Source of the DNA: an uncultured Bacteroidota bacterium
GTDB lineage: Bacteria; CLD3; SB21
NCBI GenBank assembly: GCA_964415295.1
Contig: CAYPYN010000005.1
Coordinates: 251,321-315,320 of the forward strand
Reading direction: 5' to 3'
DNA: 64,000 nt
A program made the position numbers and the translations under genes. Shown in pieces: positions 9,115-17,353 of the stretch (its first letter is position 1; every line of letters starts with the position of its first letter). The notes beneath the pieces are model-generated. The model did no database searches. It was not told the DNA's origin and worked only from the letters and a program-made list of their open reading frames with translations.

Positions 9115-10014
9115 TTACTCCGGCGGCAATGTCATGCCGGGAATGCCTTTGGAGCCTTTGCTTCCGCCGCCGCCGCTGAGCAGGATAGCCGAGGCGCCTC
9201 CGAGCACGGCTACACCGCCGACGATGTACCAGAGTTTTTTGTTAGGCCCTTTCGAAACACCCGCAGGTTGGACCGCTTCTGCCGCCATGCGCTTTTTATG
9301 GGCTTCGGAATATTCTATTTTCGCTTCGACCTTCTGATCGCTCCTGAGCAGGATCTCTTTTGAGAATACCGTATGATCCGGAGAACCGCTCCGCGCTTCC
9401 ACCGTATGCCGGCCCTCGGCCAGATTCACCACCGCCTTGTTCTGACCCACGTTTTGCCCGTCGATCAGAATGTCGATCGACTTGACCCCCTTAGGCGCGG
9501 TTGCCGTCACGGTCAGCTCAAACCGTTTTACAGGGGAACGTTTAGAGACCGCATCGGCCAGTTCTTTGGCCATCGCCTGCATGATGCCGAGCAAACCGTC
9601 CCTTTTGCCGGAATAATCGCGCGTCAGCGTCTGAATGATCTTACCGTTTCCCACGTCGATCATGCGGAGATCGATCGTATACGTTTCCCCGAAAACACCC
9701 ACGTCGCCCGCGATCATCGACTCCACGCCGAGCAATTGCCCGACCTGAACCGCGCATTCGGCGGTATTGCACGCGTCGGACATATTAAAATCCTGCGCTT
9801 TGAGTATATCGTTCATCTTCTCGCGCTCCACCACATCAAACGTGTTGGTCTGCACGAGCATATTGCGGAAGCGGCTGGTGAGTATGGAAATTTCGTTCTT
9901 TTCAAATCCTCCCGCGGACTGGAATTCCAGGACGGCCACGGTCGCTTTTTTCTGCTGCGCCAAAAGGGAAGGGACTGTCAGAGCGAGAATGATCAAGAGA
10001 GCGGATCGTCTCAT
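9115..10014 (-). CDS. Secreted/membrane protein with CsgG/HfaB(TolB-N)-like domain, PEGA-like domain and C-terminal TM plus Gly-rich tail
   Basis: Signal peptide; VAVLEF...FDVVERxxMxxILxxQ...AVQVGQLLGV...AG.V...Y.IDLRMIDV pattern; ILIDGQNVG...LAEGRHTVE (PEGA-like); LWYIVGGVAVLGGASAILL TM; GGAGG RBS. Confidence 0.75.
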   Translation of the reverse strand: MRRSALLIILALTVPSLLAQQKKATVAVLEFQSAGGFEKNEISILTSRFRNMLVQTNTFDVVEREKMNDILKAQDFNMSDACNTAECAVQVGQLLGVESMIAGDVGVFGETYTIDLRMIDVGNGKIIQTLTRDYSGKRDGLLGIMQAMAKELADAVSKRSPVKRFELTVTATAPKGVKSIDILIDGQNVGQNKAVVNLAEGRHTVEARSGSPDHTVFSKEILLRSDQKVEAKIEYSEAHKKRMAAEAVQPAGVSKGPNKKLWYIVGGVAVLGGASAILLSGGGGSKGSKGIPGMTLPPE

Positions 10015-10348
10015 ATATCCTCCTGAGAATGTGGAAACGGCAAGCCGAGCTTGTCTATGTGGTTTGGCCGATAAGAAAGAATTGAATTGGCTATCGAATG
10101 AACAAGTAGGGCGGGTCGAATACCTGGCGTAGCCAATGGAATTCTTCCCTAAAGATAATACATAAGGGACTCGTAAAACAACGTTTTTTTCTCTAGGGAA
10201 TGCCGTTTTTTTATCAACGGCTTACCTCCCGTCGTGCATAATATCCCTTGATTCGCCATATGTTTTTTTGTATCATGGGCACGACCAATCCTACATCGGA
10301 TCTGTATAATACAAAATCGGTTGGTCGTGTACTTTTTTGGAGGTTATT

Positions 10349-12181
10349 ATGTGCGGCATTATCGGATATGTCGGTAAAAAACAAGCTCTGCCTATCGTGA
10401 TGAGCGGTCTGAAGCGTATGGAATACCGCGGTTACGACTCCGCCGGCGTGGCGATCATCGAGAACCAAAAGCTCGAGATCATCAAGGAGGCCGGTAAACT
10501 GGGTGAACTCGAGAATCTGCTTGAGGGCGTTCAGTTTGGCGGTACGGTCGGTATGGGCCACACGCGCTGGGCGACGCACGGCGTTCCCAATCAGAATAAC
10601 GCGCACCCGCACACCGGCGAGACCAGCGATTTCGCCGTCATTCACAACGGCATCATCGAGAACTACGCCGCCCTGAAGATCGAACTGGCTTCGAAGGGAC
10701 ATAAATTCCACACCGATACCGATACGGAAACGGTGGTGCATCTCGTGGAGGAATTCTATGAGTCCACGCACGATTTTGAGACGGCCGTTCGTGAAGCTCT
10801 GCTCTGCATCACCGGCGCGTACGGTTTCGTTTTCCTCTGCCGGCACGAACCGCAGAAGATCATAGCCGCGCGCCACGGAAGTCCGCTGGTGCTGGGCTAC
10901 GGTACCGACGAATTCTTTGTGGCGTCCGACGCCTCCGCGATCGTTTCGCATACCCGTCAGGTGACCTATATGGACGACAACGAGATGGCGATCCTCACGC
11001 CCTCCGGCATTGAGATCAAGACCGTGGACAATCAGCCCGTCGTCAAAAAGGTCGAACAGATCACTTACGACATCAGCCAGATCGAAAAGAGCGGCTATGC
11101 CCATTTCATGCTCAAGGAAATTTTCGAACAGCCCAATACGATCCTGGACGCGATGCGCGGACGGACGCTTCCGGATGAAGGCATGCCGAGGCTCGGCGGA
11201 TTGGCGGAACACATGGACACCCTCGCCAAAGCCAAGAAGATCGTCTTTCTGGCATGCGGAACTTCCTGGCACGCCGCACTGGTCGGCGAGTACATGCTGG
11301 AGGAATTCGCCAGGATCAACGTCGAAGTCGAATACGCTTCGGAATTCCGCTACAGGAATCCGATCATAGAAGAGAATACGGTCGTATTCGTCATCAGCCA
11401 GTCGGGAGAGACGGCCGATACGCTGGCGGCCATGCGCGAAGCCAAACGTCGCGGCGCGGCGGTTTTCGGGATCTGTAATGTCGTTGGAAGCACCATTGCG
11501 CGGGAATCCGACGCGGGCGTGTACATTCACGCCGGCCCGGAAATCGGCGTAGCTTCGACCAAGGCCTTTACATCGCAATTGACGGTCATTTCCCTGATCA
11601 CGCTGCTTTTTGCGCGCCTGCGCAATATGTCGGCCGTGGAAGGCAAACATATCATCGAGGAACTGGTCGCGATCCCCGAGAAAGTAAGAACCATTCTCAA
11701 GAATTCCGATTACATCCGCGAGATCGCCGAGACGTATGTCGAAAAACGCAATTTCCTCTACTTAGGACGCGGTTACAATTTTCCCGTGGCTCTCGAGGGC
11801 GCATTAAAGCTGAAAGAAATTTCCTACATTCACGCCGAGGGGTACCCGGCCGCTGAAATGAAACACGGACCGATCGCGCTCATCGACGACGACATGCCGA
11901 CGGTGATCATTGCGCCCAAAGATGCGATCTACGATAAAGTGATAAGTAATCTGGAAGAGGTCAAAGCGCGCGGCGGAAAGATCATTGCGATAACGACCGA
12001 AGGCAATACCGAGATCAAGTCCAAAGCCGATCATGTGATATATGTTCCGAAAACCCATGATTTCCTGAGTCCGATACTGACGGTCATACCGCTGCAGCTT
12101 TTATCGTATCATATGGCGGTATTACGGGGATGTAATGTGGATCAGCCGAGAAATCTGGCAAAAAGCGTGACGGTGGAATAG
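10349..12181 (+). CDS. glmS: Glutamine--fructose-6-phosphate aminotransferase (isomerizing)
   Basis: Starts MCGIIGY (N-terminal catalytic Cys) after GGAGG; RGYDSAG, GHTRWATHG, SQSGETADT, C-terminal NLAKSVTVE. Confidence 0.98.
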   Translation: MCGIIGYVGKKQALPIVMSGLKRMEYRGYDSAGVAIIENQKLEIIKEAGKLGELENLLEGVQFGGTVGMGHTRWATHGVPNQNNAHPHTGETSDFAVIHNGIIENYAALKIELASKGHKFHTDTDTETVVHLVEEFYESTHDFETAVREALLCITGAYGFVFLCRHEPQKIIAARHGSPLVLGYGTDEFFVASDASAIVSHTRQVTYMDDNEMAILTPSGIEIKTVDNQPVVKKVEQITYDISQIEKSGYAHFMLKEIFEQPNTILDAMRGRTLPDEGMPRLGGLAEHMDTLAKAKKIVFLACGTSWHAALVGEYMLEEFARINVEVEYASEFRYRNPIIEENTVVFVISQSGETADTLAAMREAKRRGAAVFGICNVVGSTIARESDAGVYIHAGPEIGVASTKAFTSQLTVISLITLLFARLRNMSAVEGKHIIEELVAIPEKVRTILKNSDYIREIAETYVEKRNFLYLGRGYNFPVALEGALKLKEISYIHAEGYPAAEMKHGPIALIDDDMPTVIIAPKDAIYDKVISNLEEVKARGGKIIAITTEGNTEIKSKADHVIYVPKTHDFLSPILTVIPLQLLSYHMAVLRGCNVDQPRNLAKSVTVE

Positions 12182-12252
12182 GTTTTACAGAGGTTTAGCG
12201 GTCATGCGTCCGGTTCCGAATCCCGTGGAATGACTAAGAGCGGCAAAATTCT

Positions 12253-12282
12253 TTGACCGGTTCGGCAATTTTTCGGTATAAT
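12253..12282 (+). promoter_or_regulatory. Sigma70-type promoter for the 32-aa small ORF
   Basis: TTGACC(12253-12258)-N18-TATAAT(12277-12282), 45 nt upstream of ATG 12328. Confidence 0.6.
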
Positions 12283-12327
12283 AACTCTGCTCACAAGTTC
12301 TCAACTAACAATATAGAATCCTTTTAC

Positions 12328-12426
12328 ATGTCTGACGCAAACGAAATATTGCTCTTTGTCCTGCTCGTGTCTCTGTTCTTTTTCTTTGTAGGCACCTTGT
12401 TTGTCATGCACAAGTACTACAAATGA
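12328..12426 (+). CDS. Putative 32-aa single-pass membrane microprotein (MSDANEILLFVLLVSLFFFFVGTLFVMHKYYK)
   Basis: Hand-translated, below the ORF-track cutoff. About 20-residue hydrophobic core, acidic N-terminus and basic C-terminus; promoter upstream; stop abuts the stop of the convergent regulator gene. Confidence 0.6.
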   Translation: MSDANEILLFVLLVSLFFFFVGTLFVMHKYYK

Positions 12427-13806
12427 TCAACTCTTCGCTTCGTTTTCCGACATCTTATCGGAAGTAATATTATAATACTTCAGTTTCTTGTGCAGATTGG
12501 TGCGCTCGATATCGAGCTCCTGCGCCGCCCGGGTCACGTTCCAGTTATTCTTCTCCATCACCGATACGATGTGCGCGCGTTCCACTTCCTCTTTGATATC
12601 CTTCAGCGATTTATTTCCCGACGTGTTCTTGATATAAGCCGCTTCCGACCGCGTCACGTTAAAGGGCAGTTCCGACGCCTGCACCACATCGCCCGCCCCG
12701 AGGATCATCATACGCTCCACCACATTACGCAGTTCCCGTATATTTCCGGGCCATTCGTATTCGCTCATCGAGCGGATCGCCTCTTCGGAAAATGATTTTT
12801 TCTTCAGCGCGCTCTCTTCACAGCATTGTTTGATGAAATGCTGTATCAATAACGGAATGTCGTTTTTCCTCTGCCGCAGAGGCGGCATCATGATCGGTAC
12901 CACGTTGAGACGGAAGTAGAGATCCTCGCGGAAAGTCCCTTTCTGGACTTCCGATTTCAGGTCCTTGTTCGTTGCGGCCACGACACGCACATCCACTTTG
13001 ATCGTTTTCGTTCCGCCGACCTTTTCAAATTCACCTTCCTGCAGAGCGCGCAGAACTTTGGCCTGAACTTTCAGACTCATATCGCCGATCTCATCGAGGA
13101 AGATCGTTCCGGTATGCGCCTGGGTAAATTTCCCGTCGCGATCCGCCACGGAGCCCGTATACGCGCCTTTCACCGCACCGAAAAGTTCGCTTTCGATGAG
13201 TTCCTCCGGTATCGCGGCGCAATTAACCTTAATAAATGGTTTGTTCTTCCGCGGACTCATCTCATGCACCGCCCGGGCGACAAGTTCCTTACCGGTTCCG
13301 CTCTCGCCGAGGACGAGCACGCGCACGTTGGTCGAAGCGATCTTCTGGATCTGCGCTTTGACGTCGCGCATAGCGGAACTTTCGCCGACCATTTCAAACT
13401 GCTTGGCCAAAGTCGATTTGAGCGAACGGTTCTCTTCCCTCAGACTTACGCGTTCCAACGCATTCTTGGCGGTGATCAGAACTTTTTCTTTGGTCAGCGG
13501 TTTCTCGATGAAATCGTACGCGCCCAGCTTCACCGCTTCGACGGCATTCTCGATCGTGCCGTGGCCGGACATCATGACCACAACCACATCGGGATCGATC
13601 TCTTTGGCTTGTTTCAATGTCTCGATGCCGTTCATCTCCGGCATCAGCAGATCGAGAAGGATCAGATCCATTTTCTTCTCACGAAGGTTCTGAATCGCTT
13701 CTTTTCCGTTCTCCGCCTGGAAGATCGTATGGTCTTCGCTTTGCAGGATCATTTCCACCGATCGGCGGATGTTCTTTTCATCGTCAACGATAAGAATTTG
13801 GCTCAC
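12427..13806 (-). CDS. Sigma54-dependent response regulator (NtrC/NtrX/ZraR family: REC, AAA+, Fis HTH)
   Basis: ILIVDD..LLDLLMPEMNG (REC), GESGTGKELVA, ESELFG..KGAYTGS (GAFTGA variant), TIFLDEIGDM, WPGNIREL, HTH. GTG start at 13806 after GGAGG preferred over the ORF-track start at 13860. Confidence 0.93.
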   Translation of the reverse strand: MSQILIVDDEKNIRRSVEMILQSEDHTIFQAENGKEAIQNLREKKMDLILLDLLMPEMNGIETLKQAKEIDPDVVVVMMSGHGTIENAVEAVKLGAYDFIEKPLTKEKVLITAKNALERVSLREENRSLKSTLAKQFEMVGESSAMRDVKAQIQKIASTNVRVLVLGESGTGKELVARAVHEMSPRKNKPFIKVNCAAIPEELIESELFGAVKGAYTGSVADRDGKFTQAHTGTIFLDEIGDMSLKVQAKVLRALQEGEFEKVGGTKTIKVDVRVVAATNKDLKSEVQKGTFREDLYFRLNVVPIMMPPLRQRKNDIPLLIQHFIKQCCEESALKKKSFSEEAIRSMSEYEWPGNIRELRNVVERMMILGAGDVVQASELPFNVTRSEAAYIKNTSGNKSLKDIKEEVERAHIVSVMEKNNWNVTRAAQELDIERTNLHKKLKYYNITSDKMSENEAKS

Positions 13807-13866
13807 AGCACCTCCGGCAAATCGCCCGTTTCCGCAGATTTCGTGAATCTGCGCTGACATTTAAAC

Positions 13867-15483
13867 TCAATTATTTTTTTTCAAAATCCTTCCCATGACT
13901 CTCGATAGCACCGAAAAATCCGCGCATTTGAAGATCACGGTCAGTCCGATGTATGATACGCCGCCCACGCCAATCCCGATGACCGTTCGCAGCAGGTATT
14001 GCATTCGTTCCGAATAATGCATCATCCATCCGGCCTGCTGAAGATAAACATTGAATGCCCAAACCAGAAGATACATGAACGCCGTACATCCTATCAGCTT
14101 TGATGCCATCGTTATAGCCTGTTTCAGATCAAACTCGGACACTTTTCTCTTTAGTCCTATTACGAACAGGGATATCTGGATGAGAAAGGCCACCAAAAGG
14201 CCGATAGAAAACGCCTGCGGCCCGATCTCGTAGGCCAGGATATAACTGATCGTCAAATTGATCACCGTTCCGGCCAGCCTGAAATAGAATGGCATCCACG
14301 TATCTTTCATCGCGTAAAAAGCGCGCGCAAAAAGATACCACAGACTCTCCAGAGGAACGATCCATGCATAGAAGTACAGGATCGAAGCGGTCATTTCGAT
14401 CTCCTTCGGTCCGAATTTCCCGCCGCCGAGGATCAGGCCGATGATCTCATGGGAAAGCACGGCCATTCCCGCGCCCGCAGGGAGCGTGAGATACAGAATC
14501 TGGCGGATGGAATTCTGTACGTTGTAATTAAAATTAACAAAATTCTTTTTGCTTACGTTCTCCGCGAGGAAAGGAAATATGGCCGTTACAAACGAGATGC
14601 CGAAGATATTGACCGGAAAATTCTCAAAATTGAGCGCATAACGAAAAGCCGAATAACTGCCTTCCGCCAGATCGATGGATATCCTGGAGTATGCCAGAAA
14701 CACAATTTGAAGGAGCGCCATATTCAGGAAGTTCGGAATAGCCAACACATAGATGTTTCGAATGCCGTGGCTGCGAAGGTCCAGAACGGGTTTGTACCGG
14801 TAATCCGTTCCGAGCAGATCGAACATGTTGACCAGCGCAACAAGACTCGCGCCGATGACGGCGCCGTAAGCCGCTGAGTAAATGCCGTGTTCCTTGTGAA
14901 ACAGGACCATACCCAAAATGATCGCGGGGTTGTATACCAGGAGCGCCAGAGCGTAGGCCGTAAAATGCTTGTGCGTCTGCAGGATTCCGCTGAAAACCTT
15001 ACTCATCGCGAACGCGATCTGCGCGATAAGAAATAGCCGCGTAATATCCACGATAGCGATTTTGTGTTCCGCCGGAATTTCATCGGAAAGCCAGACGTCC
15101 GTGATCTGGGGCATAAAAACGCCGACGAGCAGACAGATCACCGAGAAGACGATCAAGGTAATGTTCAGAAAACTGCTGGCAAGCCGGTTGGCCTCTTCTT
15201 TGGTATAATTGGCCACGTATTCGGCAAATATCGGAATGAACGAAGAGGACGTAACACCCATGATCAGAATATTCTGAAGCGTATCGGGGATCGTGTATCC
15301 GTAGTTGTAAAAATCCGTGTCGAGCCCGGCGCCGAAATAATGCGCCATGACCTTATCGCGTACCAGCCCCAGGATCGTACTCAGAAGCGTCGCAATCGTC
15401 ACAAACAGAGCGGCAATACCGGCTTGTTGTGGTTTGAAGACTTTGCTTTTGGAGTTGCTGTCAGGAAGATTTTCTTCGGTCAT
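13867..15483 (-). CDS. murJ: Lipid II flippase MurJ (MviN)
   Basis: LSTILGLVRD..MAHYFGAG..TD....YTIPD, FIPIF, ENFPVNIFGIS..TAIFP, LFARAFYAMKDT..P; multiple TMs. Confidence 0.92.
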   Translation of the reverse strand: MTEENLPDSNSKSKVFKPQQAGIAALFVTIATLLSTILGLVRDKVMAHYFGAGLDTDFYNYGYTIPDTLQNILIMGVTSSSFIPIFAEYVANYTKEEANRLASSFLNITLIVFSVICLLVGVFMPQITDVWLSDEIPAEHKIAIVDITRLFLIAQIAFAMSKVFSGILQTHKHFTAYALALLVYNPAIILGMVLFHKEHGIYSAAYGAVIGASLVALVNMFDLLGTDYRYKPVLDLRSHGIRNIYVLAIPNFLNMALLQIVFLAYSRISIDLAEGSYSAFRYALNFENFPVNIFGISFVTAIFPFLAENVSKKNFVNFNYNVQNSIRQILYLTLPAGAGMAVLSHEIIGLILGGGKFGPKEIEMTASILYFYAWIVPLESLWYLFARAFYAMKDTWMPFYFRLAGTVINLTISYILAYEIGPQAFSIGLLVAFLIQISLFVIGLKRKVSEFDLKQAITMASKLIGCTAFMYLLVWAFNVYLQQAGWMMHYSERMQYLLRTVIGIGVGGVSYIGLTVIFKCADFSVLSRVMGRILKKNN

Positions 15484-15497
15484 TTCTTTTGATGTTT

Positions 15498-15566
15498 AAC
15501 CGTGGAGACACAGAGAGCACGGAGACTGAAACATATTAACTTTAATTTCTCTGTGTTCTCTGTGGT
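15498..15566. repeat. REP-like imperfect palindrome (ACCAC(A/G)GAG..CTCTGTGGT family), copy 1
   Basis: ACCGTGGAGACACAGAGAGCACGGAGA ... TCTCTGTGTTCTCTGTGGT in the LON_N-murJ gap. Confidence 0.7.
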
Positions 15567-15575
15567 ATGTATTTG

Positions 15576-16220
15576 TTACAAAATCTTGTTATGCAGGTAA
15601 CCGTTGCCGCTGATCATGCTTTCGATCTCTTTGGTCGCTTTCTGTCTTTCGCTCATGCGCATCAGCGCCGCGGTAGCTTTTTTCAGCCGCTCCGAGGTAG
15701 ATGTCATCTCCAGAAAGGCCTGCTTTTCATTGAGACTGAATCCGGCGCTGGCGGCGATCAGGTAAGAAAGTTCCTTTGGTTCCAGGCTTTCGACCAGTTC
15801 AATACCTTCTTTCTGCGAAAGGTTGTGGATATGCTCCTTGTACAAACGTATCGCGGCCGCGGCCAGGTCTTTCAATTCGGTCGCGTTTTCACGGCTTTTG
15901 TCGTCAAACATTTCGATCTCACCCACGAGAAAGGGTTTGTCGCTGGAGATACGGTGAATGGTGAATCTCCTTTTCCCTTCGCACAGAATGTTCATGCGCC
16001 CGTCCTCGAATTTTTTGAGGACCTGCCGGATCACCGCCGTGCATCCGACACGGTAAAAATTCTCTCCCGTGTAATAGACCACACCGAAAGCGGAATCCTT
16101 TTCCAGACACTCTCCGATCATGGCCTTGTAGCGTTCCTCGAATATATGCAGAGGAAGAGGCATCGACGGAAAAAGTACAACGCCTAACGGGAACAGCGGC
16201 AGGGTGATCCTTTCAGACAT
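15576..16220 (-). CDS. Stand-alone LON peptidase substrate-binding (N-terminal) domain protein
   Basis: LPLFPLGVVLFPSMPLPLHIFEERYKAMI..CL...FGVV...VGC.A.I......DGRMNIL.EG..RF.I; no AAA+ or protease domain. Confidence 0.9.
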   Translation of the reverse strand: MSERITLPLFPLGVVLFPSMPLPLHIFEERYKAMIGECLEKDSAFGVVYYTGENFYRVGCTAVIRQVLKKFEDGRMNILCEGKRRFTIHRISSDKPFLVGEIEMFDDKSRENATELKDLAAAAIRLYKEHIHNLSQKEGIELVESLEPKELSYLIAASAGFSLNEKQAFLEMTSTSERLKKATAALMRMSERQKATKEIESMISGNGYLHNKIL

Positions 16221-17346
16221 AGGCCTTCTTTTGGATGAACGATTGAAGATAAATGAAACTCTTTTCCGCCGTTTCAGGCTTTACACCTTCGTCGACAACG
16301 GCTTCGCCGATCCGGTTAAGCAGTATCCATCGCGGTTCTTTATTCTGTGCCTTCTTGTCCGACTGCACTCTTGACCAGATATCGCTCCAGGTCATGGCTT
16401 TCATCAGATCGGTCATTTCTTTGTCTTTCAGAACCTGCTGAAGTAAGGGCGAAACCGCCGCCTCGATCTTCTTAAAGTCCTTGTCGTTAAGACGATAGCT
16501 GATCCACGACAAATGCGCCGCGGCGAGCATACCCAGAAGTACGGCTTCGCCGTGTTTGAGTATTCGGTAGGATCCCATGTGTTCAAAAGCATGTCCCCAT
16601 GTGTGGCCGAAATTCAATATCCGGCGGAGATCGTTCTCCTTCTCGTCTTTTTCTATGATCTGAGATTTGAGTTCGCACGACTTTCTGATCGCATGGTCCA
16701 CCGCCTGCCTGTCCAGGGACAGGATATTTTCCGCGTGGCGGACGGTCCATTCAAAAAATTCCGCATCCAATATCAAACCGTATTTCAGTATCTCGGCAAA
16801 ACCGCAAAGCCATTCGCGCTTCGGCAGAGTTTTCAGCAATGCATGATCAATGAATACGAACTTCGGCTGATAAAACGCCCCGATCATGTTTTTTCCCAGA
16901 GCGTGATTTACGGCCACCTTGCCTCCGACGGAGCTGTCCACCATCGCCAGCAAAGATGTCGGAACCTGCACAAAAGGTACGCCGCGCATGTACGAGGCCG
17001 CAACAAATCCGGCTATGTCGCCGACCACGCCTCCGCCGAACCCGACGATCACCGACCGGCGGTCGGCATTATTCCGTATCAATTGAGAAAAGATCTGTTC
17101 CGCGGTGGTTAACGTTTTGAAATCCTCACCGTCCGGAATCGTAATAAAACAGGAATCAATGGCGCGTGAAGCAAAGACGGATTCTATTGTGTTCCGGTAC
17201 AGCGCCGCGATCGTCTCATTGCTGACAAAGAACAACCTTGTACCTGAAAAGTGCCTGTCAAAAAGTTCCGGTAAACGTTCGATGCCTTCCTCCGCGAAGT
17301 AGATCGGGTAACTTCGCTCTCCGAGATTTACCGTGAGGGAATTCAT
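16213..17346 (-). CDS. aroB: 3-dehydroquinate synthase
   Basis: V.LGERSYPI, DGEDFKT, GGGVVGDIAGFVAASYMRGVPFVQVPTSLLAMVDSSVGGKVAVNH..GKNMIGAFYQP, LNFGHTWGHA. Confidence 0.96.
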   Translation of the reverse strand: MNSLTVNLGERSYPIYFAEEGIERLPELFDRHFSGTRLFFVSNETIAALYRNTIESVFASRAIDSCFITIPDGEDFKTLTTAEQIFSQLIRNNADRRSVIVGFGGGVVGDIAGFVAASYMRGVPFVQVPTSLLAMVDSSVGGKVAVNHALGKNMIGAFYQPKFVFIDHALLKTLPKREWLCGFAEILKYGLILDAEFFEWTVRHAENILSLDRQAVDHAIRKSCELKSQIIEKDEKENDLRRILNFGHTWGHAFEHMGSYRILKHGEAVLLGMLAAAHLSWISYRLNDKDFKKIEAAVSPLLQQVLKDKEMTDLMKAMTWSDIWSRVQSDKKAQNKEPRWILLNRIGEAVVDEGVKPETAEKSFIYLQSFIQKKAYV

Positions 17347-17353
17347 ACATCCG

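Noticed and set aside
10020-10348. glmS ribozyme or c-di-GMP riboswitch
   Set aside because: The core consensus sequences of these RNAs are not visible; only generic stems were found and are reported separately.
10214-11650. 478-aa minus-strand ORF
   Set aside because: Antisense shadow of glmS, as expected from codon bias in a GC-rich gene.
13114-13857. 247-aa plus-strand ORF and the other 60-220-aa ORFs overlapping called genes
   Set aside because: They lie opposite or out of frame to well-supported genes and have no motifs or RBS.
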